A stretch of DNA of 64,000 nucleotides. Origin: Camelus ferus. Lineage: Eukaryota. Position numbers and translations under genes: made by a program. The DNA lies in contig NC_045696.1 of assembly GCF_009834535.1 (NCBI RefSeq), positions 90,088,001 to 90,152,000 of the forward strand, written 5' to 3'. The notes beneath the pieces were generated by a model. That model saw only the letters and a list, made by a program, of their open reading frames with translations. It ran no database searches and was not told where the DNA came from. Shown one piece after another: positions 10,581-24,616 of this stretch (the stretch's first letter is position 1; every line of letters starts with the position of its first letter).

Positions 10581-12715
10581 ATGTCTACTAATTTGTATAC
10601 CAATCAAAGAACAGTATACAAACATAATGTGGTCTTACTGCCCTACCTCAGCCCAAGGCATCAGAGTATCACTGGTAAGTCATTACTGTTCTGTCCACAG
10701 AACATCTTGGCAAAGGGAAGCAGTGCCTGTAAGAACCTGAAGAGGGAGTCAGTGTATGGAGGATTAAACTATATGAAAGCAGAGAGGCAAGAAAATCAAG
10801 CCCCCTGCTCCCCATGCCTAACAATCCACCCCAGTCAGAGGTAGTGCACTTCAGTTAAGTGCTAGGCTTCCAGACAGCCTTGTAGACTGACTATCAAAGT
10901 GCCTGCTCAACTGAACTGAAACCTTGCAAAGTGACCACCACTAAGACTCATCGAGGAATTCCTCATATAAACAGTAGTCGATGTCAATTAACCTTTGTGA
11001 ACATGAAAAATAAATGGGAAGGTTCAGGAATTAACAAGGAGACAAACACAGATGCTAGACACAAGCATGATGTTACTGTAAATGCTACAATCACATGGTG
11101 GTTAATTTTAGTACACTAGAAATGGCTCCCGTGATAAAAGGTCTTTTCCAAAAATGGAAGTGCATTATAAACAGGGGCTCAGTCTAATCTGTATTTCCCC
11201 TATAGCACTCTGATGAGTCCCACATCTGCACTGGGAGTACAAATACTTATTGAAGATACCACATTAGTGCCTCCTGAATGAATGCTTGAAGAATCAGTAA
11301 ATATACGACATTCAGCTGTGTATCATTCAACATCCCTAATTGAAGATTCAAGCAAAATTAATTAAATTCATGAGTTATGAAGACATCTTTTCCCCTAAAG
11401 GGATAAAAGGATTCATGGAGTACAGAACAGAGTGACAATGACATCACTTGAGACCAATAGCAGCCCCAGGGCAACAATGCAGTCGGAAGCTGCCACCCCC
11501 ACCCCTTGGCCTGGCCCCCTTCTCTTCACATCCCCACCTCCATCCAGCAGTATGTGGGTCCTCGCAGGCGTGTGTGTGACAGCCCAGAAGACAAGTGCAA
11601 GTTCTGTTCAGACCACCCCCACCCCATGGCCAAAAACACCCCCACTTCACACCTCTTGGGTTGAGATATGTGCACTCTAGTTATGTAGTCCTGCCTTCCA
11701 AACACTGGGCCAAAGGAAGAGGTTTTCATGGGCCCTAGAAATGACTTTGGGGTCATTTAGGTAGGGACTTCTGAAGTTTAGTTTATGGGACTATGTTTTA
11801 TAAAGGGGGCCAAGGACTCCAGGAGGGCATGTCCCCTTGGTTCCTCACTCCTTCACCTGCAGGGAAGGCCATGACCAGAGAAGGACACAAGTCAAGCCCC
11901 CTAAGGCACAGGGCTCAGGGCAGGGACTCCAGTGCCCAGATCCAGGAGGTAATTCTTGAGCCCATCACCCTTCCAGCTAAACTGTCTCCTCCCTGTGATT
12001 CCTTTAATGGTAAATTTGATGAACAAATGATCTATATCCATGGTTCATTTTTCCATCAGCCTCTTTTTGGTTAAAGCCTTTAATTTTTTAACTTCTCACA
12101 TGATAACCTGTGTCCTCACTACCTAGTATAATTATTTTCTCTAAGAGCATTCATAACATTCTTCTTACCAAATTCAATTTCCCTGGCAGGTTCCCCCTCT
12201 CTCTCCCCCAATGCACCTCCTTTTAATTACTAATATCACTCTTTGCTTGGGCCCTTTCTAGCCTTGTTCTGCCCATGTGTCCCTTTTATGCTATTTTTAC
12301 CCATTCCCTCTACTGGTACTTTAATTTTCCTTCCTCTATGTCCATTCATCGGAGGTAAGCACTGCTCTGGACCAAGAATCCTTCCAACTCTACACATAGA
12401 TGTTCATCTATTCCCATGGGTAGATGATCCCAAATGGACTTGTTCAATTTTCTTTGACCCAGAATGTTTCTCTTCCCCTTTGCAGCAAACCAAATCCCCC
12501 ACACACACATTTTTTTAAATACTTGAAGCTCATCTTTTCTATGAAACATTTTCACATTAAGTCCACTCAGACCTAATCACTCCAGATAATACATAATAAT
12601 ACCAAAGCAGGGGTCAATCTCTGGGTAAGCATCATGGAAGAGCACACAGAGACAGTAAAGAGGGTTTCTCTTTTCTGCCAAGCCTAACTGATTGGTATTA
12701 TCTATATTCCTAGAG

Positions 12716-12877
12716 TCATGTTTCTCACACTTTGATGAGTACAAGAATGGGGGATCTTGTTAAAATGCAGATTCTGATACAGGAGGTCTGAGTGGGTCCT
12801 GAGAATGTGCATTTCTAACAAGCTCTCAGGTGATGTTGATGTTGTCGGTCAATGAGTCATACTTTGAGTACCAAGTG
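12716..12877 (+). mobile_element. MER5A-like hAT-Charlie MITE
   Basis: cttgttaaaatgcagattctga...tgcatttctaacaagctctcaggtgatg...actttgagta; flanked by cctagag on both sides (hAT TSD). Confidence 0.9.
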
Positions 12878-13006
12878 CCTAGAGGGCTATAGTGTAAAAT
12901 TTTCTGATTAAGAGTTAGGATTTAGTTGGGGAGAGTGACATGATTGATTAGTAACGTCTGCCCATGACCACAGGAAGACAGAATGGCAACATTGATCAAA
13001 TTACTG

Positions 13007-13380
13007 ATTCATTGATTTGATTATTTATTCAATAAATATTTATTGAGCGTCAACTATGTGTCAGGCACTAGGGATGAAGTAGAGACAGAGAAAGTCCCTA
13101 TGTTCAGGGAATCTACATTCTACTAGGATAGAGAGACAATTAAAAAGCAAACAAGTAAGTGAGATAATTTTATGTGGTGGTAGGTACTATGCAACAAACA
13201 GGTAATGCACAGACAGTAACTGAAGAGGGCTACTTCCAACCTAGTGGTCAGGGGAAGCCTCTCCACAGAGGTGATGGCTGGGCTGATGCCTGACAAATAG
13301 AAACATCTCAGACATATGATTACTAAGGGGACAGCCTTTCATCAGAAGGAACAGAAAAAGCAACAGCCCAGAGTCAGGCA
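13007..13380 (-). mobile_element. L2 3' region
   Basis: ttattcaataaatatttattgagcgtcaactatgtgtcaggcactaggg...gtggtcaggggaagcctctccacagaggtga. Confidence 0.85.
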
Positions 13381-13409
13381 CTGGATATGAGTGCCACATA
13401 TCTGCCATC

Positions 13410-13760
13410 TTCACATAGTGGAAAAAAAGCATGAACTTTGTATTCAGGTAAATATGTGTTTTAATCCCAATCATCTCACCATGGACCAGTTACTTAACTC
13501 ATTTTCTGTTAAAAAAAAAAAAAACTTTATTTCTTTCTATCTGTCAGAAGCTTTACTAAACGCCAGAGATACAATGGTGAATAAGATGGATTTGATCCTA
13601 CTCTCCTGAAGCTTTCCATTCCAGCCCTCTTAACCTGTTTCCTCATCTATCAAATGGAATGGGTGAAGTAATACTGACTTTGCAGAGTCATCAAATGAAA
13701 AAAAGTCTTGAAAATTTTAGTATGCAATACTTAATAAGTACTCAACAATCATTAGAATCC
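13410..13760 (+). mobile_element. MIR, apparently interrupted by an L2 fragment at about 13530-13625
   Basis: ccagttacttaactc...cctgtttcctcatctatcaaatggaat. Confidence 0.55.
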
Positions 13761-13925
13761 CTATCTTCCCTTACATTTTTGGCAATATAATGTTGACAAA
13801 GTTTATATGCCTCTTGTGTTTTTAAGATTTATTTTTTTAGTTTGTTTTAGTTTTCCCCTTAGATTATAAATTCTCAAATGTAGGGAACATAGTCTTTTAT
13901 AGCTGTCTGGCACCTTGGAGAGCAC

Positions 13926-14240
13926 TTCATTCATACAATTATTCAACAAATGTTTTACTGAGTGCCAAATAAATAAATAAGTAGATCAATTGTTTGGTAT
14001 TTGTGTTATAAGGGAAACTAGAGTAAGATAAGAGGGGAAAAGAGCAATGGAGATGGGGAAATGTGATTATACTCAGAGTGGCAAGTGACAAGGTCACATT
14101 TAGGCTGAACTGAGATTTGAGGGTACAAGCCACGTAAACTTCTCAGACAAGAGTTTTCAAGTAAAGGAAACAACAAGCACAGAAGTTCCAAGTGTTCAGT
14201 GTCTTTGGGGAAGAGCAAGGGGGCCAGTGTGGCAAATTCC
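13926..14240 (-). mobile_element. L2 fragment
   Basis: ttcattcatacaattattcaacaaatgttttactgagtgcc...aaggtcacatttaggctgaactga. Confidence 0.7.
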
Positions 14241-14296
14241 TTCATTTTAAAGAAGAGGAAATTGAGGCTGAGAGAAATACCTTTAGCAGACCCAAG

Positions 14297-14604
14297 TGTA
14301 CCAATTAAGTTATTTCAGCTGTTGTAACAAAATGACCAAATACTCAAACTCAAGAGAAATATATATGTCTTGTTTACATAAATTATAATACCTAGTATTC
14401 CAGAGCAGCAGAGGACTCACCTCCAAGCAGTGACTCAGGGACCCAGGCTTCTTCCATATTGTGTCTTTGTCATCTTCAGTACAAAGGTTGCAGGCTCACT
14501 TCTGGTGTCAACGTCCAGTGTCTGGTGGGGAGAAATTACACAGGATCACACACAAGCGGCTGATAATGAAAAGGGATTTGGTGAGCAGCTAGCCAGGCTC
14601 TACC
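14297..14604 (-). mobile_element. Old MaLR LTR (MLT1J/L-like)
   Basis: gtgactcagggacccaggcttcttccatattgtg...gatttggtgagcagctagcc. Confidence 0.65.
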
Positions 14605-16445
14605 AAGCTAAGTCACCTTTTTCCTAACTCTGCTTTCTTCCTTTGCAAATGCATGCATGAAAATACACATGCATGTGTAAAAAAATGTTCTTTATAAAAG
14701 TGGTCTCTGTGTTAGTGATAGTTGGTGCTAATAACAATATGAGACAGGAGATAAAAGAACTTCTAGTTATCTGCTTCCAGGCAAAACACGTTCCATTGTT
14801 GGGTAGCTTAATCTTACTGAAAGGAGACTACTAGAGAAAGGGAGATACCTATAATGGAGTGAAGGATCAGGCAGAGATACATTGTGATGAGGAAGGAAGA
14901 CTGTACTGACAGAAAACCTTATCATAAACGCACTTCCCCTCCACTCAGTCACAAGATTTTGCTATAAGTCGACAGTTTTTTTAAAAAATAGTCTTCAATA
15001 GTTTTAAATTTCTTAGGATAGGCTAAAATTATATAATTAAAGTCTAACGAACCCATCTGATCAGACTTCATAATTTGAGATGAAAGAAAATGGTCCTTTG
15101 GCAGAAAATATTACTTAAAATATCAGTCTGAATTTTACTTAACGCACATTAATAACAAGAAGACATTATATAAATTAAATCTACCACTGATTTTAAATTG
15201 AGTAATGTATATAACAACTTGAAAAATCCCCCAAAAATAAATAAATCAGAGTCATAAAGAGATTAAGGTAATATATAGCAAAAATTTAGGAAAATGTCTA
15301 TCAACTTGGAAAAAAATAGTAACAGTTGAGTCATATCATTTCATTTTAACAGATATTTACTGAACACTCACCATGAGTACTTTATGCTGACCTTCTGCAA
15401 ATGACCCTATTAACCCCAGGTTTCTGAAAATAATTATAATTCCTCCAAATCCGAGCATAAACTTTATATCTTTACTTGCATCTGGCACCAAGATTTTTCC
15501 TTTTACAAGGACAGGTTAATGATGATGTGGAGCACTGCCGTGGGTTTGGGGGGCATGCCTGATGGAGTTAATTAAGTGGTAATAGGTAATATACAGGCAT
15601 GGGGTACACACAACACAAAGAGAGTTATCCTTTCTCAGAGCTCATTATACTTATTTCCTGTTCCACTGATTTGCCAATTAATCACTGATGATGTGCTGCT
15701 TATGACACTTCCTGTCTGGTCAATCTGTATTAATACATTATTCTTATGCTGGTTTAACTTCTTCATCTTGCCTCTCTGAGAACAGAAACCATACATAACA
15801 CGTTCTGATTTCTTTGAAAGCACTTTTGTACACAGTAGATGCCAAACTGTAATATCTGTTGATGTAATGAATGAATTCAGAATCTGTGAAATCTTTCTAG
15901 ATTAGGCCAGAACAAATTAAAAGTAAATCCAAGGTAGAATATAGTCTTCTCCCTGTGAGGATCTGAAGCCTCTACTGGAAGTGTTGAAGTTGATTTTTAT
16001 TAGTAATTGTAGGAAAAACTCTGAGTAGAAGGAAATACAGGGATGATGTGGAAAGAATGGACTAGAGGAAGACAAGGAAAAATCAGTGAATTGAAAAGCA
16101 TATCAAAATCAAAATTCATAAAATCCACCTACCAAAGAGCTGATTAACATCTCTGTAAACTTCACATCTAAATACCAGAAACATATAAAAGATAAAGACT
16201 GAATGGTAAGTCAGAAAAGACTCTTAATAATACTATTTTAATTGTAAGAAAAAAACCCCAGATTTTATAATGAATTTAAACCTCTGAAATGCAAATATAC
16301 TGTCTCCACAAAATGTTAATTTATATAATGAGATATATTTGATTTTAAAATAAATTAATAGATAATCATTACAATCAATTCATATTTTATTCAAGATGTA
16401 TTTTGGTTTTTAAATGCACAAAGATATAACTTTGAAGAAAAGACT

Positions 16446-16961
16446 ACAATAGGCAGAATAATGTCCCCCTAAAGATGTCCACATCATTGAAACTGTCACT
16501 ATTACATTAAATGGCAAAGGGGAATTAAGGGTGCAGATGCAATTAACTTTGCTTGTCAATTGACCTTAACCTTAATGTAGGGAGAGTTGCCTGAATTATC
16601 CAGGTGAACCCAATATAATCACAAGGGTCCTTAAAAGTGGGAGGAAGAGGAAGAAGAATTATGTCAATAATATTGTGATAACATTGTGATGCAACGTGAG
16701 AAAGACTCAACCAGCCATTTTTGGCTTTGAATATGGAGGATGGGTGCCATGAGCCAAGGGATGCAGGCGAAGTCTAGAAGCTGTAAAAAGCAAGAATGGA
16801 TTCTCTCCTATAGCTTCAAAAACAGTGCAGTTCAGCTGACATCTTGATTTTAGCCAGTGAGACCTATGTCAGACTTCTGACCTACAGAAATGTAACACAA
16901 TAAATTTGTGTTATTTTAACACTAAGTTTGTGATAATTTTTCATAGAAGCAACATAATACA
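16446..16961 (+). mobile_element. MaLR solo LTR (MLT1D-like)
   Basis: taggcagaataatgtccccctaaagatgtccac...gacttctgacctacagaaatgtaacacaataaatttgtg...taataca. Confidence 0.9.
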
Positions 16962-17064
16962 AAGGCCAAACATTCAAAAAGTCTTCAACTATTATTTATT
17001 TGACATTAATCTCAAATGCACTTTAAAAAAGTAATAAAATGTAGGCTTTTAAAAATAAGTTTGC

Positions 17065-18586
17065 TGAGAAAGAAAAATGGAGCTGAAGGAATCAGGCTCC
17101 CTCACTTCAGACAAAGCTACAGTAATCAAAATCCTACTGGCACAAAAACAGACACATAGATCAATGGAATAGAATAGAAAGCCCAGAAATAAACCTACAC
17201 ATTTATGGTCAAAGGAGGCAAGAATATACAATGGAGAAAAGACAGTCTCTTCAGTAAGTGGTGCTGAGAAAACTGGACAGATACATGTAAAAGAATGAAA
17301 TTAGAATATTCTACAAAAGTAAACTCAAATGGATTAAAGACCTAAATGTAAAACTGGCTACTCAAACTTTCCTCCTAGAGGAAAATATATAAAACTCTGA
17401 CATAAATTACAGCAATATTTTTTCGATCCATCTGCTAGAGTAATGGAAATAAAAACAACAATAAAAATATGGGACCTAATGAAACTTAAAAGCTTTTTTT
17501 GTATAGCAAAGAAAACTATCCACAAAATGAAAGGAAAACCTATGGAATGGGAGGAAATATTTGTAAATAATGTGACTGACAAGGGATTTATTTCCAAAGT
17601 ATACATGCAGCAAGCATACACAGCTCAATATCAAAAAACCAAACAACCCAATCAAAAAATGGGCAGAAGACCTACAGATGACCAACAAGCATACAAAAAG
17701 ATGCTCAACATCACTAAATTATTAGAGAAATGGAAATAAAACAATGACATCACCTCACACAGGTCAGAATGGCCATCGTCAAAGTCTACAAATAACAAAT
17801 GCTGGAGAGGATGTGGAGGAAAGGAAACCCTCCTACACTGTTGGTAGGAATGTAAACTGGTGCAGCCACTATAGAGAACAATATGGAGGATCCTTAAACT
17901 AAAATTAGATGTATACGATCCAGCAATCCCACTTCTGGGCATATATCCAGATAAAACTGTAAGTTGAAAAGATACATGCACCCCAATGTTCATAGTAGCA
18001 CTATTTACAATAGCCAAGACATGAAAGCAACCTAAATGTCTGTTGACAGATGAATCAAGAAAGAATATATAGATAATGGAATATTACTCAGCCATAAAAA
18101 AGAATGAAATAATGCCATTTACAGCAATCTAGATGAAACTAAGTTTATCATACTAAGTGAAGTATGTCAGACAGAAAGACAATCACATGATAGTACTTAT
18201 ATGTGGAAACTTTTGATACAAATGAACTTTTTAAAAAATAGGAATAGATCCACAGACATAGAAAAGAAACTTATGGTTATCAAAGGGGAAAGAAAAGAGG
18301 TGGGAAGGGAGGAATAAATTAGGAGTTTGGGATTAACAGACACAAACTACTACATATAAAATAAAAGGACCTACTGTACAGCATAGGGAACTACACTCAA
18401 AATCTTATTATAACATTCAGTGGAAAAGAACCTGAAAAAGAATATATGTATACACACACACACACAAACACACACACATATACATATATATATAACTGAA
18501 TCACTTTGCTATACACCTAAAACAAACAAAATTGTAAATCATCTATACTTCAATAAAAAACAAAACCAAATAAAAATTTTAAAAAT
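17065..18586 (+). mobile_element. 5'-truncated L1 (degenerate ORF2 C-terminus, 3'UTR, A-rich tail)
   Basis: ORF2 remnants (WDLMKLKSF, KPMEWEEIF); TSD aaaaataagtttgc (17051-17064) / aaaattaagtttgc (18587-18600); TTTT/AAAA endonuclease site. Confidence 0.95.
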
Positions 18587-19509
18587 AAAATTAAGTTTGC
18601 ATCATCAATAAAACAAGTGAATCAAAAACAAGAACAATAAAAGTAATGATAACAAGAAGACCCAAACAGAATAATGTTTATCTTCAGGAAAAAAAAAAAA
18701 AAAAACCCTAAAACTCAAAAGCATTTTGTGATTTTAAATCTGCCTTCTTTGGGCAGCTATGTAGTTCTTTTTCCTTCACAGCAAGGTGTAAAGTGTAAAA
18801 TATCTTCAGAAAAACGTGACCAAGTGTGTCTCAGAGACAATGATAATGCCTTAGCCCCTCCACTCCCACCCCTAGTGTATGCTTTGGTGTGGTCCTAAGC
18901 CCTTCTTTAGCTTTAATTTTAAAGAGCATAATACAATATTTGCTTCAAGTTCTCTGACGAGAAAAGGAATAGCAAGCAGGTAGACTCTGACAAGGTTGAA
19001 ATAAACTGCTCCCAGGGTAATAGCAAAACCCCAGCTGTTCATCACTTCATCACAGGCAGTGTAGCGGGGGTGGGGGGATGGCGCCGGGACCCGCACTGTT
19101 TACTGCTGATTTGCTGACGTTGAGTTGAATTCAGTCTCTTAATTTTGAGAACCTCCAAAATTTAAATTCCACATAAACTGTGTTTCAGTACAAATAAATA
19201 TATACAAATAAGCAAGCAGATATATAAAGGGAATACTAAATCTACTCAAAGAAGGCAGGAAAGCAATGTCGCCTCATTACCAAAAGCATAATCCTGTAAC
19301 TAGTCACAGGAGAGTTCAGATGGGCCATGCCCTAAGGTGACAGGTTACCTCTAAAAAGCATCACACTTTTGTGTTGTTTTAAGTGCAGGGAGAGGGTGTT
19401 GGGAAAAGAATGGCAATTAGGAGACCCAGGTTTCAGGGTTGAACTGCCCAATAACTGATGTTTGTGAACCTAAGTTTTCTACTTTGAAAACTAAGGAGAT
19501 TAAACAAAG

Positions 19510-19978
19510 ATAATGTGTTCCAAAATTTGGGATCTATATTAGTGAAAGTAGTAGATGAGTTGGTAAAAAGTATTAAATAATATTGAATATCAAAGTAAGA
19601 CAGTTATTTCCTTTTCAATGCTCTTTTTAAGTTTTCTAAGAGGGTCAAGGAGAAAGTCTCAGCTTGGTGCTAGAGACACCTCCCTAATGCAAGCAAATCT
19701 CCTTTTTTAACAAAGAGAGGGCAAAACTTAAGTTCAGAACCTTCCAAAGACAAACTGGTTAGCTAGAATTAACATATTGTTTTAGCCTTATTGTAGTCAA
19801 TTATATATATATTTTCTATTTATGGCATAATGATTTCATTTATGGCATAATGTAATTTATTTAAATAAAAACAAGAAGTTGATTTAAAGAAAAATATTAA
19901 ATAATATGTAAGTGCTAATTACACAGATATTTTTTAAAATCTTGAAAAGGAGGTACCCAAATGAAGTTTGAAAAGGGT
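19510..19978. mobile_element. hAT-Charlie-like DNA transposon remnant
   Basis: gtcaaggagaaagtctcagcttggtgctag...aatctccttttttaacaaagagag resembles Charlie-family sequence. Confidence 0.5.
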
Positions 19979-20719
19979 GAATTAAATCATTTCTAGAATC
20001 CCTTCCGTCCTAACACTCTATGAGCCAATGATCAGATAGGGCCTCCACTATCAAGGCCACTTACCGAAATACTATCTATTCCATTCAGTTGCTAAGATAA
20101 CTCTTGGGACTGTTCTACTATTGAATATATACATACCTCATTTCTAGAAAATTGCCCAAAGCCAGGAAAAGCAACATTAATGTATACTGAATAAACGAAT
20201 GGATCCTTTCTCCTCTTACATAAGGATGTTTCTGGACCTAAAGAGAATCCTAGATTTAAAGCGACACCTAAGTCAGCGTAAACATACTGTTTTCCAGTTT
20301 ATAGTTTATACACCCTTGGGAATGTTAGAAAGATAAATCTCTTCAGCCACTGTCTCAGATCTCAAGCTCCTCCAAAACCATGCATTCCAACACTACTCAA
20401 AAGCTCAGACCTGTGACCTGTGGCAGGCACTGTCTATCTTTGTCCAGTGGGGAAGGTATGAGAAGATGGATGTCCATACTTATACTGTGCCAATCCAGTT
20501 CTTGTGGTACAAATCAGGAGAAAAGAAATAGGGGTTGGGCTAGTCAAAATCTAGGCCAGACAAGAAAAGCTGTGAAAGTACAGGAACTGCACACCCCATG
20601 GGCCTCGCACCGGGGATGGCTTGTTGTGTGTGTTGGGGTGGGAAGTAGGAAGAACGTGCACAGTAAATTATGGGGCTCAAAGTGGAGGCATTGTCCTCCC
20701 GGGCAGAAATTAAGTAATT

Positions 20720-21070
20720 CATGTGCCAAGTTGGCTGAGTCAGCTACTTGCTGATTGTGAACCTCTTTTGCTTCAGTTTGCTCTGCTGTAAAATGTAGCT
20801 AATCATAGTACCTGTCTACTGGGTTTCTCTGGGGATTAAATGAACATTAACACAGGTAAGTGACCACCATCGTCCCTTCAGCATAGAACGCATCCTATAT
20901 TTTCCATCAATGCAGCACTACTACAATGCACTGTTTTTATCTAGTTGCAGGTATTGCCCTGCCTGTTTCCTTAAAAGACAGGAACTATGCTTTATTCACT
21001 CTTATTTCCAGAACTCTGAACAATCCATAGCATGTAGTCAGACCTTACCAAATTCTTCTTGAATGAATTC
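20720..21070 (+). mobile_element. MIR fragment followed by L2 3' end
   Basis: aacctcttttgcttcagtttgctctgctgtaaaatg; aagacaggaactatgctttattcact...ttgaatgaat. Confidence 0.6.
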
Positions 21071-24000
21071 ATTAACAGATCAAGGCTACTGCAATGCTTT
21101 TCATCAATATAGAGCCTAACCAATTTTAGAGGATACACTAATACATGTAGTCATTAAAATTGGAAGAGGAAGGAAAAAGGCTTATCTCATCCCAATAGGG
21201 TTTGAGTATTATTTTTATGGAATTAAAGGAAACAAATTAAAAACACATACTGTGCATTAAGGAAAAAATGATAAGGAAAAAATGATAAAGAAATAAGGGT
21301 AGGGGACTGCACAAGAGTATTATCACTTTGTGCCAAGAATTTTAAAGCCCAATCTGGTCTTTCATAGACATACTGCAGAGATAAATAATTTCTTCAATAT
21401 CCCTTTATTTCTCCCAACATTACTAATTAACCTGATGAGAGGGACTTAACCAAACTGGCTAGTACAGTAGAGAATTTGGATGAGGACTTGATGAGGGACA
21501 TTGTTCTCCAACAGTCAGCTGTGGGGCTCTCCGACAACATATTTAATAGTCTCTTCAGCCTTCATAATGCTGCTGCCTCAGACTCTCAAGGGCTTATTTT
21601 CCAAAACACGGTGCAACTTGGACACTCTCGAGCCAAAGTATTTTGAAAGGTCACAACAAACTTCTTTTTCAAAGAAAATATATTATTTTAACTTTATGAT
21701 TCTAAGAAGATGATGTGATAAACACAATATTTTTAAAATGTATTTTTGCAAACCAGTTATTTTATCTCCTGTATGACATAGTCCCTCTCTCTCTTTCTCC
21801 CTCTCCCTCTCTCTCTCTTTTTGGTAGAGGAGGGTATTCTAAACAATACTTTGCCTGAATGCCCATGGGTGGGTAACTTTGCTGGTTCACTGTGTTTAAA
21901 GCTGAACCTAGAAGAACAACAAAAACTCTCATTCATCTCTTGGGATCTAATTAGTGGAGAGCTTGCATGCTAAAAAAGTCATCTCCAAACACCACATGTA
22001 CTTCATTTAAATCTGTAATTTACCTCTCACGTTTGAATTACCAGACAGTTCTAAAAATGTGCCAGTCTGACATTGCTGGAAACTAGCATGGCTTAATATT
22101 TTCTGAACTTGGCTTTCCAATTGAGTTTGCAGAAATTTCAGACACTTGTTCATTTGACAGCAAAAGAAAGTGGTTATTTTCTCTTTGCTTACTATTTCCT
22201 TCGAGAAAACAAGGATGCAAAGACCCCAAACCATCAAACAGACCTACTGCCATTTGGAACATGTAATCTTCTTTACATTACTTCTGCCTTATCAGTTAAT
22301 CAGTCTTTATATTGAACAATACTAGGTAACAAGGAGTAATGAAGTCCATGAACCCAACTTTGATCCATTAAAATAGCCTTGATGTAGATTCAACTGCAAC
22401 CTTTTTGACAGTCTTATTATTTAAACTTGACTTGATCTTTAAAATGTGGTAATATTGAAGGCAGCAACCTTAAGTAAATTGTGAAAAGCTTTGAGTCTAT
22501 TGATATAGAGTACATGTGAGTGTTATATTATGTTATTTACTAGTAAGATTAACAATTGAGTCGGTTGGTTCCCCAGAAATTCCTTTTTCCTATTTCTTAA
22601 CTTTTGAAATGAGAAGTTTCAGACATAAAAATAGGCCTTATGAGAAAAACATTTGATGATTGTGATTAATTCAGCTCTGGGTACCTAGATGTCCAAAAAA
22701 AAAAAAAGCATTTGATAATTCCTGAAGTTCAGTAAATTGTTATTAGTTTGCACAAATGGAAAAAAATCTCAAAATATTTTAAATAAAATTTAGATATTTC
22801 TAAGAAGCATTCCCATAAAATGAATATAAGTAATAACAAGCATAACTGGAAGGGAAAAGAACTTTTATTTTTCTAATTAACTTCATGACCAAGATATCTT
22901 TCCCTAGGATATTTGATTCCCTTTGTTTTGCTTCTAATATCTATTGCTTCAAACATGTAACTCCTTCACCTAGCAGGGGATGATTTCAATTGCATTTCAA
23001 AATATGAATTTCCCTCTCCCGGGTTCTAAACCCTAGAGCATTTCCTATTTCTGCGTTTTTCAAAGGGAATGTTTGGGCAATACCAAATGTCTCCCTCCAT
23101 GTCGAATTTCACAGTCTCATATATTTGCTAGGGAAGATGGCTGGAAATAATTAAGATCCTCAAAACCATTTTGCTGGGTACTCAGAGTTCTGCCACTCAA
23201 ACTTTTAATTATAAACTGACATCTAATAAAGCAGAATGTCAGAGAGCTACTGCAACTACCCTCGCCTTGCAGTTTTATTGTGGACCTTGCTATATCAAAA
23301 GCCTGCCTTGCCGATCATTTTTAATTAAATAAAAGGCAAGTCCTCCCAGAGCAAGAATTACAATGAAAGTCAGCTTTTCAGTGGAGCAGCTGTGTAAACG
23401 GGTTCTAAAATTAGCCTAGTCATTTCCAAGCTGTGTTTTACAGCTTCAGTGTGTCTCCTGCAGCCCATGTCAGGATGGGAAAATGAATTTTGGGTTCAGT
23501 CCATTTTAACGGTGTCATAGCTAACTCAAACCTCTCAGTCCTAAACAGTCTGGGGGTAGGGAGATGTGATCAAAAAAGTGCCATTTGAGGAGAGTGTTTG
23601 CTTTAATTTAGACGGTGTTGACAGACTGATGGGTACTGTAATAAAATCACCCAGCCTCTTGCCCAGGGGATGTATAATCTAAACAAGACAAACAAGAATA
23701 TAATGAATGTGGGCTGACAGGCAGTAGCTAGCTTCGGATTTCAGACTTCCTGTCCTTTATTAGGACATTTAGGAGGAATTTTTTCAATTCCTATTTCTAA
23801 TACTTGTTTTTGTAGGGAAATAGTGTGGGTGATCATAGAAAAAAAATCACGCAAGACAGGGTAGCCATTATCCCTTCCCTTTCAATAAAAGGAACAAAAA
23901 GAAAAAAGAAAAGAAAAAAATGGAAAATGGTTTCCTAACCCAAACTCCTGCACTTGCTGCTGGCTGTCTTAGAGTCTGAAGCGGCAGTGGGAGAGGACAG

Positions 24001-24616
24001 GTGTGGAGGACTGGCGCAAAGGAGAAGAGGGAGGGAATGGCGATGGCATTACACAGTAGGAGAAAATTAATAAGAATCTAATTCATACCTTTGAGAGCAT
24101 TCAAATCCATACATAACCATGATTAAATGATTCTGCAGTGAGCATTTGCCTTTCATAGCCTTTATTAGTGATCATCTAATGTTGCTAATGCATACAGCGC
24201 CATGAATCACACCTTGCAGAATCACAAGGCTTTCTTTACAGAAACAAGTATTCTAAGGCCGAGAACTAGAGCTTATGAAGTCATTTCTGACCTGGAAGAG
24301 AGGCTCAAAAAGATCAACAGGGAGAGGGAGAAGGAGGGTCGTGTCAAAATAACACACTGGCCAGTGCTGAACTTACAACAAAAGGTGATAACCAGTAGCT
24401 AAAACCAACCACCTGCCTGGGGAGACTGTTCTCGTAAGTTCCAGAGCATCTAAATGTTGCCTTCCTGGGATCAGAGAACCATAAAGTGGCCCTTTTGAAC
24501 TATCTGTGGTATCTTTGGACATGTTACTTTAAAATGCTATTTATCTTATCTAGTAGTAAGCACCACAAACATTCTAGGTGCTTAGTTTATTTCCCAAGTG
24601 ACCTGAAAATGGTGAG

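Noticed and set aside
21258..21285. 14-bp tandem duplication taaggaaaaaatga x2; similar small duplications at about 19818-19852 and 54374-54423
   Set aside because: Ordinary slippage events
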